This document shows positions 18,182 to 28,685 of a DNA stretch of 52,213 bases, piece after piece. The notes beneath the pieces are model-generated. The model did not search any database and was not told where the DNA came from. It was given only the letters and a program-made list of their open reading frames with translations. Source of the stretch: Gallionella sp. (GTDB lineage: Bacteria; Pseudomonadota; Gammaproteobacteria; Burkholderiales; Gallionellaceae); NCBI GenBank assembly GCA_049298895.1, contig JBAQWL010000316.1:1-52213 (forward strand), written 5' to 3'. Each line of letters begins with the position of its first letter. The first letter of the stretch is position 1. The position numbers were made by a program, and so were the translations under genes.

Positions 18182-19582
18182 ATGTCGGCTAATTTTGTTG
18201 CACTCGCCTATCTGATCGCTGCGGTTCTCTTCATCCTCGCTCTTAAGGGCTTGAGTTCACCGATGTCTGCGCGGCGCGGTAATATGTTTGGCATGGTCGG
18301 CATGGCGATTGCCGTGGTGACCACGCTGGTTAAACCGGAGACGCATAACGTCCCTTATATCCTCGCTGCAATTGTCGCGGGTGGTGTGGTCGGCGCGGTG
18401 ATCGCCAAGCGTATCCAAATGACTGCGATGCCGGAACTGGTCGCGGCGATGCACTCGCTGGTCGGCCTGGCTGCGGTGTTGGTCGCCATGGCGGCGTTCA
18501 ACAACCCCGTCGCCTACGGCATCGCGCTACCCGGTGAAATGCTGCATGCTAGCAACCGCATCGAATTGTTCATCGGCACTTTCGTCGGCGCAATCACCTT
18601 CACCGGCTCCATCATCGCGTTCGGCAAGCTGTCCGGCAGGTTGGGCAGCAAGCCGCTGCGCTTCGCCGGACAGCACTGGTTCAATCTGCTGCTTGCAGTG
18701 CTGATGGTCGCTTTCGGCATTGCTTTCTTCATCACGCAAACCTGGACACCGTTTTTGATCATGACCGCCATCGCGATGCTAATCGGCGTGTTGCTGATCA
18801 TGCCGATCGGCGGCGCGGACATGCCGGTGGTGGTGTCGATGTTGAACTCTTATTCCGGTTGGGCGGCGGCGGGTATCGGCTTCACGCTCAACAACAACAT
18901 GCTCATCATCGCCGGTTCGCTAGTCGGCAGTTCGGGTGCGATCCTGTCTTACATCATGTGCAAGGCGATGAACCGCTCGTTCTTCAACGTGATTTTGGGT
19001 GGCTTCGGTGGCGGTGCAGTGGATGCTAGTGTGGATGCGGGTGATGGTGTGCAAAAAGTTTATCGCAGTGGCAGCGCGGACGATGCGGGGTTCCTGATGG
19101 GCAATGCTTCCAGCGTGGTGATCGTGCCTGGCTATGGCCTGGCGGTGGCGCGCGCGCAACATGCCTTGCAGGAAATGGCCACGATATTGGGCGAAAAGGG
19201 CGTGAATGTGCGCTACGCGATCCATCCCGTGGCGGGACGCATGCCGGGACACATGAACGTTCTGCTGGCTGAAGCAGATGTGCCTTACGAGCAAGTGTTG
19301 GAAATGGATGAGATCAACAACGAATTTGCTGACACCGATGTGGTGTTGGTGATAGGCGCGAACGACGTGGTGAATCCGGCGGCGAAGAACGACAAAGCCA
19401 GCCCTATCTACGGTATGCCCATCCTCGAAGTGTACAAGGCGCGCACCATACTGGTGGTCAAACGCAGTATGGCGGCGGGTTATGCCGGATTGGACAATGA
19501 GTTGTTCTACTTGGACAAGACCATGATGGTGTTTGGCGATGCCAAAAAGGTAGTCGAAGACATGATCAAAGCGTTAGCCTGA
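18182..19582 (+). CDS. pntB: NAD(P) transhydrogenase subunit beta
   Basis: MPELVAAMHS, IGGADMPVV, VPGYG, HPVAGRMPGHMNVLLAEA and GANDVVNPAA motifs. Confidence 0.96.
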   Translation: MSANFVALAYLIAAVLFILALKGLSSPMSARRGNMFGMVGMAIAVVTTLVKPETHNVPYILAAIVAGGVVGAVIAKRIQMTAMPELVAAMHSLVGLAAVLVAMAAFNNPVAYGIALPGEMLHASNRIELFIGTFVGAITFTGSIIAFGKLSGRLGSKPLRFAGQHWFNLLLAVLMVAFGIAFFITQTWTPFLIMTAIAMLIGVLLIMPIGGADMPVVVSMLNSYSGWAAAGIGFTLNNNMLIIAGSLVGSSGAILSYIMCKAMNRSFFNVILGGFGGGAVDASVDAGDGVQKVYRSGSADDAGFLMGNASSVVIVPGYGLAVARAQHALQEMATILGEKGVNVRYAIHPVAGRMPGHMNVLLAEADVPYEQVLEMDEINNEFADTDVVLVIGANDVVNPAAKNDKASPIYGMPILEVYKARTILVVKRSMAAGYAGLDNELFYLDKTMMVFGDAKKVVEDMIKALA

Positions 19583-19596
19583 TTTTACTCCCTTAA

Positions 19597-19629
19597 AAAT
19601 AAAGAGCCGCGACAGCGGCTCTTTTTATT
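19597..19629. terminator. Bidirectional intrinsic terminator
   Basis: AATAAAGAGCCGC-GACA-GCGGCTCTTTTTATT between convergent pntB and DUF4149 genes. Confidence 0.85.
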
Positions 19630-19641
19630 GGTGCGTAGCCA

Positions 19642-20097
19642 TCACGTGCGATGCGATTTGATGACCAGAAATGCGCCGAGAAAACTTTGTATCAAGTAGG
19701 TAATACTGGACACGCCGTGCAACATTTTGAATTGACTTGCCAACACACTTTGCATCACCTCCAGCGGCAAGGCCTGCGTCTTGAGATTGGCCATCATCGG
19801 CTGGATGCCGCAGATCAATACCAGCGTCAGCAGCAACATCACCGCCACCACCCAGAACAAGCCCTGCCCCAAGACCGCGCGACCAAACAGGATAGCGTGG
19901 TGAATAAGCAGATAGACCCCACACACCATGCCGACATAGCCCATCACGGTGAACATTTGCCCGGCCAGCATGCCCGCCAATTGTTTGTCCGGCTGTGCGT
20001 AAAACAGCACTGGTGCGGCGAGATAGCCCGTAGCCCACAAGCCGCCGACCCAAGCGGTGATCGCCAGCGCGGCGAGATAATGCGATAGATTTTTCAT
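19642..20097 (-). CDS. DUF4149/TMEM205-like membrane protein
   Basis: WVGGLW..GYLAAPVLF, AG..AG..F and F..LHGVSS..YL patterns; start placed at ATG 20097. Confidence 0.8.
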   Translation of the reverse strand: MKNLSHYLAALAITAWVGGLWATGYLAAPVLFYAQPDKQLAGMLAGQMFTVMGYVGMVCGVYLLIHHAILFGRAVLGQGLFWVVAVMLLLTLVLICGIQPMMANLKTQALPLEVMQSVLASQFKMLHGVSSITYLIQSFLGAFLVIKSHRT

Positions 20098-20223
20098 GGC
20101 ATGTAGCGTAGCACAAATAGATTCGATAGCAAGTTGGACGCTGGACTTTGGCACATTCAGGCTGGACAATGGTACGTCACAGAATTGAGTTGCAACCATT
20201 TCAATACAGCAAGGAGGGTAGCT

Positions 20224-20607
20224 ATGTATTACATCGTAGAAAGCAGCAAGTCATTCGAGCAAGCAGCGGCCGATCTTGAGGCGGCTGTGACCCGCAACCA
20301 ATTCGGCTTGTTGCATATTCATGATCTGGGCAACACCTTGCGCAGCAAAGGTATCGCCTTTGATGGAAATTGCAGGGTCTTCGAAGTGTGTAACCCGGCG
20401 CAGGCCAACAAGGTGCTTACCACCGACATGCGCTTGAATATGGCATTGCCCTGCCGCATTTCGGTATACACCGAACAGGGTAAGACTAGAATCGGTATGA
20501 TCAAACCAATACCGATGCTCGCTGCATTGTCACAAGACGCATCATTGGTTAACGTAGCGCATGAGGTCGAGGCTGCAACCAAAAAAATGATCGATGAATC
20601 CAGGTAG
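20224..20607 (+). CDS. DUF302 domain protein
   Basis: FGLLHIHD, VFEVCNP and ALPCRISVY motifs; SD AGGAGG before ATG 20224. Confidence 0.85.
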   Translation: MYYIVESSKSFEQAAADLEAAVTRNQFGLLHIHDLGNTLRSKGIAFDGNCRVFEVCNPAQANKVLTTDMRLNMALPCRISVYTEQGKTRIGMIKPIPMLAALSQDASLVNVAHEVEAATKKMIDESR

Positions 20608-20647
20608 GCACTAACCGCGATATGATTTTAGCTCTGAAAGAACCATC

Positions 20648-21292
20648 ATGACGCAACTGCCCGTTTGGACCGAGCAAATAAAATATCTGGTGGGCATCTT
20701 TGCCATCCTGAATCCGCTCGGGGCCATTCCGATATACCTCAGCATGATGACGGATCGCCGCCCCGAGGTGATGCACCGCACAGCTTTCAAGGCATCCGTC
20801 GCGGTGGCGGTGATCCTGACGCTGGCGGTTTGGACAGGAGACAGTTTGCTATCGTTCTTCGGTATCGGCATTCCGGCATTCCGCATCGCGGGCGGACTGC
20901 TGGTGTTGCTCATCGCCATTGCCATGTTTGGTGCCATGACCAGCCCGGCGCGTCACACCGATGCCGAGCAGGCTGAGGGGGAAGCAAAAAATGACATCGC
21001 CGTGGTACCACTGGCAATACCGCTACTGGCTGGACCGGGGGCGATCAGTCTAGCCATAGTTGATGCCCACCAGGCTGGCAGTCTTCCGGACAAGATCGTG
21101 TTCAGTGTTGGGATAATCGGTGTCACGGTGATAGTCTGGCTTGTCTTGCGGCTGGCCGAGCCGATTGGCGAGCGTCTCGGCACGGGTGGACTCAACATCG
21201 CCACCCGGGTGATGGGCTTGATACTTGCTGCCATGGCGGTGCAATTCATGGCAGATGGGATGCTGGAGTTATTTCCCGGCTTATCGCAATAG
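20648..21292 (+). CDS. MarC/YchE family membrane protein
   Basis: NPLGAIP, FRIAGG, VPLAIPLLAGPG and TRVMGLIL motifs. Confidence 0.92.
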   Translation: MTQLPVWTEQIKYLVGIFAILNPLGAIPIYLSMMTDRRPEVMHRTAFKASVAVAVILTLAVWTGDSLLSFFGIGIPAFRIAGGLLVLLIAIAMFGAMTSPARHTDAEQAEGEAKNDIAVVPLAIPLLAGPGAISLAIVDAHQAGSLPDKIVFSVGIIGVTVIVWLVLRLAEPIGERLGTGGLNIATRVMGLILAAMAVQFMADGMLELFPGLSQ

Positions 21293-21397
21293 ATGGATTT
21301 TTAGATGCGGCAGTTTTTATCGGTATCTGGAGCGGTCAATTTTGACTGCGCAAAAATGTGCCACCCCTCAGTTTCACGATAAGTCTTTGGAGAAGCC

Positions 21398-21751
21398 GTG
21401 GCTTGGATCATTACAAAATATTTTCTGACTGCCGCAGTTGTCGTGCTCGTATCCGAGCTTGCGAAGCGTAGCGACAAACTCGGTGGCTTTGTTGCCGCGC
21501 TGCCCCTCGTAACCGTTCTTGCGCTTATCTGGCTGTACATTGAGAACCAGCCTCAGGAAAAGATCGCAAATCATGCGTGGTACACGTTTTGGTATGTTGT
21601 CCCGACGTTGCCAATGTTTCTCGTGTTTCCGGCACTCCTTCCGCGCATCGGTTTCTGGCCAACGTTGCTGGTTTGCGTCATTATCACCCTTGTTTGCTTC
21701 GGCCTGTTCGCGCTCGCGGTTCGTCGCTTCGGCGTAGAATTGCTGTGGTAG
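21398..21751 (+). CDS. DUF3147 family membrane protein
   Basis: SELAKRS..LGG..AALPL and TFWYVVPTLPMF patterns; GTG start after GGAG. Confidence 0.8.
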   Translation: MAWIITKYFLTAAVVVLVSELAKRSDKLGGFVAALPLVTVLALIWLYIENQPQEKIANHAWYTFWYVVPTLPMFLVFPALLPRIGFWPTLLVCVIITLVCFGLFALAVRRFGVELLW

Positions 21752-21884
21752 ATTACAGATGTGGACATATGTGCATGTCCTGCCTTCGCTGGCAGCTACC
21801 TGCCAGCTGTGATTAGTATCACTGAAAACAAGACGGAGTGACTATATTGTGTCATTACTGGTCTTGCTGGCCAGTTCCTTCGGT

Positions 21885-22058
21885 TTAGCCTTGCACCCAC
21901 CCCACCAAAGCTCCAGCCCCCCATGATACCGCTGCGGCAAGTGTGAATATCAGCACACCGCGCGTCATGCCCTTGGGAATTTCCTGTTCATCCAGATATT
22001 GCTTGAAATACCAGGTGGCGATGAAGAACACGATGGTGGATATGAATATATTCAGCAT
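21885..22058 (-). CDS. Small two-TM hypothetical protein (57 aa) coupled to the GST gene
   Basis: Strong SD GAGGAGG; start overlaps the GST gene end; two hydrophobic helices around YLDEQEIPKG. Confidence 0.65.
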   Translation of the reverse strand: MLNIFISTIVFFIATWYFKQYLDEQEIPKGMTRGVLIFTLAAAVSWGAGALVGWVQG

Positions 22059-22714
22059 GGATTTACCTCCTCGTTGACCATGAGAATGGGGGTAGCATCC
22101 GGCTGCCAAGGCGGATATTTTTTCATGACTGCGTCAAAGCATACCGAGTTTAAAAAATCTTTCAGCCAGTGTTGCAGTGATGGATAGGGCGCATGTACGA
22201 ACCAGTCTTTGTCTACATCGGCGAATTGACGGATGAACGGAAAGATTCCTACGTCGGCGATGGACAGGGTGTCGCCCAGCAGGTAGGGAGTCGTGCGTAA
22301 GTGGTTTTCCAATGGTTGTAAAAACAATTCGGCTTGGGAGCGATAATGGTTTTGTGTGTGTTCTGGGTAACAATCTGGATATTTGTAGCGATCCAGGTTG
22401 ACCTTAAAAGTGGTGTCGTTCTTAATAATCAGTGAGGTCGCGGCATTGACGTAAGTACCATTATTACCTAGCCAACCTTCTGGGTCATTCTGGTGCAGCG
22501 CCCACATCATGATCTCCCAACTTTCATCAATCACGCGCCCCCCAGCTAACACTAGCACCGGCACACTGCCCTTGGGTGAGGCGAACAGCATGGCTGCTGG
22601 CTTGTCGCGCAATGCCACTTCGCGCAATTCAACCGCGACGCCGCTTGCGTAAAGTGCTAGGCGAGCACGTATCGCATAAGGGCAGCGACGGAAGGAGTAG
22701 AGCACGGGGTGCAT
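22052..22714 (-). CDS. Glutathione S-transferase family protein
   Basis: LYSFRRCPYAIRAR, SPKGSVPVL, IDES and ADVGIFPFIRQF motifs. Confidence 0.92.
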   Translation of the reverse strand: MHPVLYSFRRCPYAIRARLALYASGVAVELREVALRDKPAAMLFASPKGSVPVLVLAGGRVIDESWEIMMWALHQNDPEGWLGNNGTYVNAATSLIIKNDTTFKVNLDRYKYPDCYPEHTQNHYRSQAELFLQPLENHLRTTPYLLGDTLSIADVGIFPFIRQFADVDKDWFVHAPYPSLQHWLKDFLNSVCFDAVMKKYPPWQPDATPILMVNEEVNPC

Positions 22715-22833
22715 GTTGTGATTATTGCGATTAACCCATCGGCCTTGTCATTTCGGCCTATCGACAGGCTCAGGATAAACTGACCTTCGGACAGGCAGGA
22801 ACGGCGAGCTTAATTCTTGTTCAACTCGCAACA

Positions 22834-23532
22834 TTACTGTTTCGCGGCATGTGCCATTTCTACCAGTGCGGCCCGCGCCTGTTGAGCATTGGTCACTGGC
22901 TGTGAAAAATCAAACCGCAACATCTGATCATCGGCGCGCACATCGAAACCATCGAGGTCTATGCCCAGCATTGTGACATTCAGCGCTGTGCATTGGTGGA
23001 CATGCTGGCAATAGTTTCGCATCGTGTCTTGGTGATCCGCGTTCATATGAGCTATCACGTCAGCTTCTTGCTCGATCAGCGGGTAGGGCTGCACCACATA
23101 GTTTTCCAAGTCTACCCAGTGGATGCGACCAAATCCACCGATGTAGCGTATCGCCACCAGACGAATGCGATAGAAGGAAAAGTCGTGCATAGCGAAGTAA
23201 CTCTGAGTTTCAGGGAAATAGCGCAGATAGCGCAGTCCAGCCTGCTTGCGGTCAGGCTCCAGTTCGGCGTTGCCAACCACGGTGACGCGCCCTTGGGTCT
23301 GGATATTCGGGTCGCGTTGCTCATGGGTGATCAGGCTGACACGAGGGTCGTTCAGGATATTCTTGGTGTGTTCGGCGAGTGTGCTGATCAGTATCAGTAG
23401 GCTGCCATCGTGATCAACCAGATACGGTGTAATCGAGCCGAAGGGATAGCCATCGAATTTTCTCGACAGAGTGCTGAGTACGCCATAGCGATGTGCGCGC
23501 AACATCAGTCTGGCTTCACGGGCGCTGTTCAT
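22834..23532 (-). CDS. HugZ-like pyridoxamine 5'-phosphate oxidase/heme-utilisation protein with DUF2470 domain
   Basis: GYPFGS, S.LAEHT.N, HDF, RYIGGFGRIHW and HMNADH motifs. Confidence 0.87.
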   Translation of the reverse strand: MNSAREARLMLRAHRYGVLSTLSRKFDGYPFGSITPYLVDHDGSLLILISTLAEHTKNILNDPRVSLITHEQRDPNIQTQGRVTVVGNAELEPDRKQAGLRYLRYFPETQSYFAMHDFSFYRIRLVAIRYIGGFGRIHWVDLENYVVQPYPLIEQEADVIAHMNADHQDTMRNYCQHVHQCTALNVTMLGIDLDGFDVRADDQMLRFDFSQPVTNAQQARAALVEMAHAAKQ

Positions 23533-23539
23533 GGGCTGA

Positions 23540-24145
<606 letters not shown>

Positions 24146-24170
24146 CTAATTATAGGGAAACTGTCAGGCT

Positions 24171-25394
24171 ATGCGAAATAATTTGCGCAAGAATTTACAA
24201 GATTTCCGGGCGCTGTTGCGCTTCATAACGGTGCGGTTCGTACAGGATCGTTGTTCTCAAACCGCAGCGAGTTTGACATTTACCACGTTGTTGTCGCTGG
24301 TTCCGTTGATGACTATTGCTTTGACGATGTTCTCGGCGTTCCCGGTATTCGATAGCTTATCGGAACAGATCAAGACTTATTTGATGAAAAATTTAATGCC
24401 GGATACTGCCGGTGTTGTGATTACAAAATATATGCAGCAATTTACCGACAGCGCAGCGCGGCTTACCACGGTAGGCATAGGTTTTCTGGCGCTCACTGCC
24501 ATGTCGATGATGCTGACCATAGACCACGCATTCAACATTATATGGCGGGTGACGCGATCTCGTCCGCTGGTCAAGCGACTGGTGGTCTATTGGGCGGTGC
24601 TGACCCTTGCGCCGTTGCTGATCGGAGCGAGCCTGTCGCTGACTTCATGGCTGATTGGGCTATCGATGGGCTATGCCAAACATATTCCGCTTTTCGGCGT
24701 CGGGGTGTTGAAGATTTTGCCAATATTGTTCGCTACACTGGCTTTTGCGCTTTTGTTCCGGCTTGTGCCGAACCGCTATGTGCCACGTAGCCATGCCTTC
24801 ATCGGCGCATTGGTGGCAGCAGTGTTATTCGAGACCATGAACCGAATATTCGGCTATTACGTCAGCCATTTTCCTAGTTACAAATTGGTGTATGGCGCGT
24901 TTGCCAGTGTGCCGATCTTTCTGTTATGGATTTACTTGTCTTGGTTGACTATCCTGATCGGCGCCGAGATTTCGGCATCATTGTCGCATTGGCGCGCTCC
25001 TATGGCGCAGCAGTTAACAACTACCACCCAATTGCTGGATGCACTGCGGATATTGAAGATCATGGTAAACGGATTCCAGCAGGGGAAAGTGAGCACGTTT
25101 CCAGCAATGTCCAAGACTTTACATATTGGCTATGATGAACTGGAAAAGATACTCGATAAACTGGCCAGTGCAGATATAGTGCGTAAAGCAGAGGGCCAGG
25201 GCTGGCTACTGATGCGCGATCCAAACCACATTCGTGCTATCGAATTGCTGCATTTATTCGTACTGGATAGCGGCATATTGCTAGCCGAGCATAGCGACGA
25301 TCCCTTACGGCAGTGGTTTTACACCAATGCCAGAAAGCTTGAAAAAAGTACGGATATAAGTTTGCAGGAACTATTGACAATCACCTCCACGTGA
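24171..25394 (+). CDS. YihY/virulence factor BrkB family membrane protein with C-terminal wHTH-like domain
   Basis: AASLTFTTLLSLVP, FNIIWRV, YGAFASVPIFLLWIYLSW.....GAE motifs. Confidence 0.9.
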   Translation: MRNNLRKNLQDFRALLRFITVRFVQDRCSQTAASLTFTTLLSLVPLMTIALTMFSAFPVFDSLSEQIKTYLMKNLMPDTAGVVITKYMQQFTDSAARLTTVGIGFLALTAMSMMLTIDHAFNIIWRVTRSRPLVKRLVVYWAVLTLAPLLIGASLSLTSWLIGLSMGYAKHIPLFGVGVLKILPILFATLAFALLFRLVPNRYVPRSHAFIGALVAAVLFETMNRIFGYYVSHFPSYKLVYGAFASVPIFLLWIYLSWLTILIGAEISASLSHWRAPMAQQLTTTTQLLDALRILKIMVNGFQQGKVSTFPAMSKTLHIGYDELEKILDKLASADIVRKAEGQGWLLMRDPNHIRAIELLHLFVLDSGILLAEHSDDPLRQWFYTNARKLEKSTDISLQELLTITST

Positions 25395-25539
25395 GTCTAG
25401 TTCAACTGGGTGAATCCTTGGCTCGCCTCTGGCTGCGCACGGATTTTCGGTGTCTTTGAGGTGCTGACCCAATAGGTCACTACTTTGCCAGTGGTAATTT
25501 AACTCCAATTTGTCACAACTACGCTCGGCATACTCAATT

Positions 25540-26811
25540 TCAATTCACCGGCGCCGACCGATAGCGGTTGACTTCCTCGGGTGTTACCACGCCCACACTG
25601 TTACCCCACGAATTGCGGATATATGACACGACTGCAGCAACTTCTTCATCACTAAGCGTGGGACGAAATGGTGGCATTCCGTAGGGGCGAGGGTTGCCGG
25701 CGGTTCCGGGCGGATAGCCGCCATTTAACACCATGCGAATTGGATTCGCCGCTGCGTGCATCGTAAGCGAGCTGCTGCCGATGAGTGACTGGTAAGTTGG
25801 TGGCTTGCCACTGCCTGTTTCTCCATGGCAATCGACACAGTGTTTTTTATATACTTTAGCGCCCCATGCCATGATCCAGCTCATTGTTTCCTTGGTTACC
25901 AGCGGCAAGCTAGCCTGCGATGGCACCTGTATTTTCGGCAGCGATTTCAAATACACTGCCATAGCTTGCACGTCGCTATCAGATAGGTACTGCAGGCTTT
26001 TGTACACCACCTCGGACATCGGTCCGTACACGGCTCCACGCTTTGAGATCCCGTTCTTGAGCAGATCGGCAATATCTTGCAGTTGCCAGTTACCTAGACC
26101 TGTTGAAGTGTCAGAAGTCAGTGATGATGCATACCAATTGGATACCGGCATGATGCCTCCGGCGAGGTCGGTCTTTAGATTAGAGCCACCAAGTGAATCA
26201 CGACTAGTATGGCAGGCGTTACAGTGTCCAAGTCCATTTACCAAATATGAACCGCGATTCCATTCGACGCTTTGGTTTGCGTCGGGTTGAAATACACCGG
26301 GGGTGAAGTAAAGCGCGCGCCAAATCGCCAGTGTAAATTGGTTGTTGTAGGGAAAGCGCAACGCATGCTCTTGGTTGGCTTGGGTTGCCGGAGGCAAGGT
26401 CTTGAGATAGGCGAAAAGGGCGTCAGCATCGGCATGAGTGATTTTCGTGTAATTAGGATAGGGAAAGGCCGGATAAAGTAGTCTGCCACCCTTAGACTTG
26501 CCAAGGTGCATGGCCTGCCAGAAATCATTAGCTGTCCAGTCACCCAGACCGGTTTTGATGTCGGGGGTGAGATTGGACGAGAATACTCGTCCGAAAGGCG
26601 TCTCAATAGCTCGACCGCCGGCGTATGCGATACCTCCACGCACGGTGTGGCAACTGGCACAATTGCCCGCCAGAGCCAAGTACTTGCCGCGCGCTACTTG
26701 CTGGTCGATATCTCCCGCTTCGACTTGAGCTTTGGGCAAAAAAGGCAGACCGTGTATGTTGCCTACGGATACTCCGATGATAGTTAACAGAATCAGCAGT
26801 GCGTGTTTCAT
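25540..26811 (-). CDS. Trihaem cytochrome c (dehydrogenase cytochrome c subunit-like)
   Basis: Three CxxCH motifs (CASCH, CNACH, CVDCH); TPFG...SSNLTPD..TG.G.W, LYPAFPYP and YIRNSWGN motifs; signal peptide; ATGA overlap with the upstream gene. Confidence 0.9.
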   Translation of the reverse strand: MKHALLILLTIIGVSVGNIHGLPFLPKAQVEAGDIDQQVARGKYLALAGNCASCHTVRGGIAYAGGRAIETPFGRVFSSNLTPDIKTGLGDWTANDFWQAMHLGKSKGGRLLYPAFPYPNYTKITHADADALFAYLKTLPPATQANQEHALRFPYNNQFTLAIWRALYFTPGVFQPDANQSVEWNRGSYLVNGLGHCNACHTSRDSLGGSNLKTDLAGGIMPVSNWYASSLTSDTSTGLGNWQLQDIADLLKNGISKRGAVYGPMSEVVYKSLQYLSDSDVQAMAVYLKSLPKIQVPSQASLPLVTKETMSWIMAWGAKVYKKHCVDCHGETGSGKPPTYQSLIGSSSLTMHAAANPIRMVLNGGYPPGTAGNPRPYGMPPFRPTLSDEEVAAVVSYIRNSWGNSVGVVTPEEVNRYRSAPVN

Positions 26812-27569
26812 GGTGTGCCCGCCCGGGTCGGAATACTGCCGCATTCAATCGGTGGCTTGACTGGGTTAGACGTTGCGGGCGCGGCGTTGCTTGGTATGGG
26901 TTGAGATGCCAGATAGGTAGTGACAGCGCTAATGTCGCCCCAACTAAGGTTGTTGGCTATTTTTGCCATGCAGTCCGGTGCAGTGGCGTGGCGCGAGCCA
27001 CTTTTCCATGTGCTGAGCTGTGCATACAGATAAGCATGGGGCAGACCAAGTAAACCTGGGGTTGAAGGCAAAGCACCGGTTAGTGCCTTCCCGTGGCAGG
27101 CAATACAGGCTGGAATTTCTCTCACTTTATCACCAAGCGTGACAAGCTGATGTCCCAGTTCGAGCGTTTCCTTGGAGGTGGTGGGCGCTTGAGGAGGGGG
27201 ATAAGGCAGCTTCACTTTGGAAAAATAAGCAGCGATTTCTAGTAAAAAATCGTCAGGTAAATTATCAACTAAGTAGGTCATTGCCGCATTACGGCGGCGA
27301 CCATCGCGAAAATTTACCAGTTGGTTATACAGATAGCCTTCCGGCTTCCCGGCGATGCGGGGATAGTAGCCATCATTCGTTGCGCGACCTTCCTTGCCGT
27401 GGCAGGCCACGCAAACGGCAACTCGCTGTGCAATCGTGTCAGCCGGCAAAACCTGGCTAGGCTTTGCACCAGCCGATGCAGTTATGCTATGTGCAATCAG
27501 AAAGCCGAATAACATGAACTTAAGACTGTGAGATGTACACTTTGCGCCGTGCTTGAATTGTGCTTGCAT
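26808..27569 (-). CDS. Dihaem cytochrome c4/c553
   Basis: CVACHG...YPRIAG and CIACHG...PGLLG domains, each with a distal Met; start may be 27515. Confidence 0.88.
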   Translation of the reverse strand: MQAQFKHGAKCTSHSLKFMLFGFLIAHSITASAGAKPSQVLPADTIAQRVAVCVACHGKEGRATNDGYYPRIAGKPEGYLYNQLVNFRDGRRRNAAMTYLVDNLPDDFLLEIAAYFSKVKLPYPPPQAPTTSKETLELGHQLVTLGDKVREIPACIACHGKALTGALPSTPGLLGLPHAYLYAQLSTWKSGSRHATAPDCMAKIANNLSWGDISAVTTYLASQPIPSNAAPATSNPVKPPIECGSIPTRAGTP

Positions 27570-27908
27570 ACTTGCGATTTATGCCTAACTTCTTGGGCCT
27601 GGGCTGTTTAAATTATACATTCATCGAGGAAATCTGTTCTCTTTGTGACAAAATGCTTTTCAATTAGGAGGCACATTCAATTTTGCATTGTAACTTTTAT
27701 AAGTAAATTTAGGTGGCAGGGAGTGAAGCAATGGCCATAAAACCAGGCCAAGTATTGCTCTAGTACATACTCCTGTATGAATTTTGCAGTACCGTGCAGT
27801 TGAAGTATACAGTCAGCTGATTTCAGTATGGGCAGTGCGTAATACAATGCATGCTTGCCGATTACATATTATTGCGCTTTAATGCGCGGCGTTTTATTGG
27901 AGTGCGAT

Positions 27909-28487
27909 ATGAATTTTATTGAGAAGTTGTTTGAATGGCTTTTGTGGAACAGTCGCTTTGTGATTATTGTTGCAGTAGTGGGTAGCCTGTTGGCTGGTTT
28001 TGCGATTTTTTACATGGCTACTGTGGATGTGGTGTATTTGTTTCAACATGCTATACATTATGCCGATTCCAGTATGACCGAAGAAACGCGCAAAGTGCTG
28101 CATGACAACACGGTTTCGCATATTGTGGAAGTGGTGGACGGCTATCTGCTGGCGATTGTGATGCTGATCTTCTCGCTCGGTTTATACGAGTTGTTCATCA
28201 GTGAAATAGATCAAGCACATGGAAGTAAATCTTCCAGCAAGATTTTGGTTATCAACAATCTGGATGACCTAAAATCGCGTTTGGCTAAAGTGATATTGAT
28301 GATCCTGATCGTCACACTGTTTGAAGAAGCGCTGAACATGAAATTAAGTGCTCCGCTAGATTTGGTTTACTTTGGTGCGAGCATTGCGCTGATCGCGCTG
28401 GCATTGTTTTTGACTCATGCTTCCGAGCATGGAACTAGCCAAGGGGCAGCGGAGGAGGAGAAATCTTCTGGAAAAGCCGAACACTAA
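27909..28487 (+). CDS. YqhA (UPF0114) family membrane protein
   Basis: LWNSR, VDGYLL, GLYELFIS and LDDLKSRL motifs. Confidence 0.87.
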   Translation: MNFIEKLFEWLLWNSRFVIIVAVVGSLLAGFAIFYMATVDVVYLFQHAIHYADSSMTEETRKVLHDNTVSHIVEVVDGYLLAIVMLIFSLGLYELFISEIDQAHGSKSSSKILVINNLDDLKSRLAKVILMILIVTLFEEALNMKLSAPLDLVYFGASIALIALALFLTHASEHGTSQGAAEEEKSSGKAEH

Positions 28488-28685
28488 CTCTTTGATCCAC
28501 CATCTTGGCGTATCGCGTTTTTCATCGCCTGCAATAAATAAATCCCAATATTCGGATTGTTAATTCTCCCTTCGATATCTCGGGGGCTCAGCGCAGGGAA
28601 CGTAACGCATATCGAACCAGATGGCTGAATAGAAGTCCAATATATAGTTCGCCCTCGATAACAGATGGTGAGAGGTATAATGATT

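Noticed and set aside
27774..27792. LexA-box-like CTGTATGAATTTTGCAG upstream of yqhA
   Set aside because: Spacing is CTG-N11-CAG rather than N10, and the flanking genes are not SOS genes.
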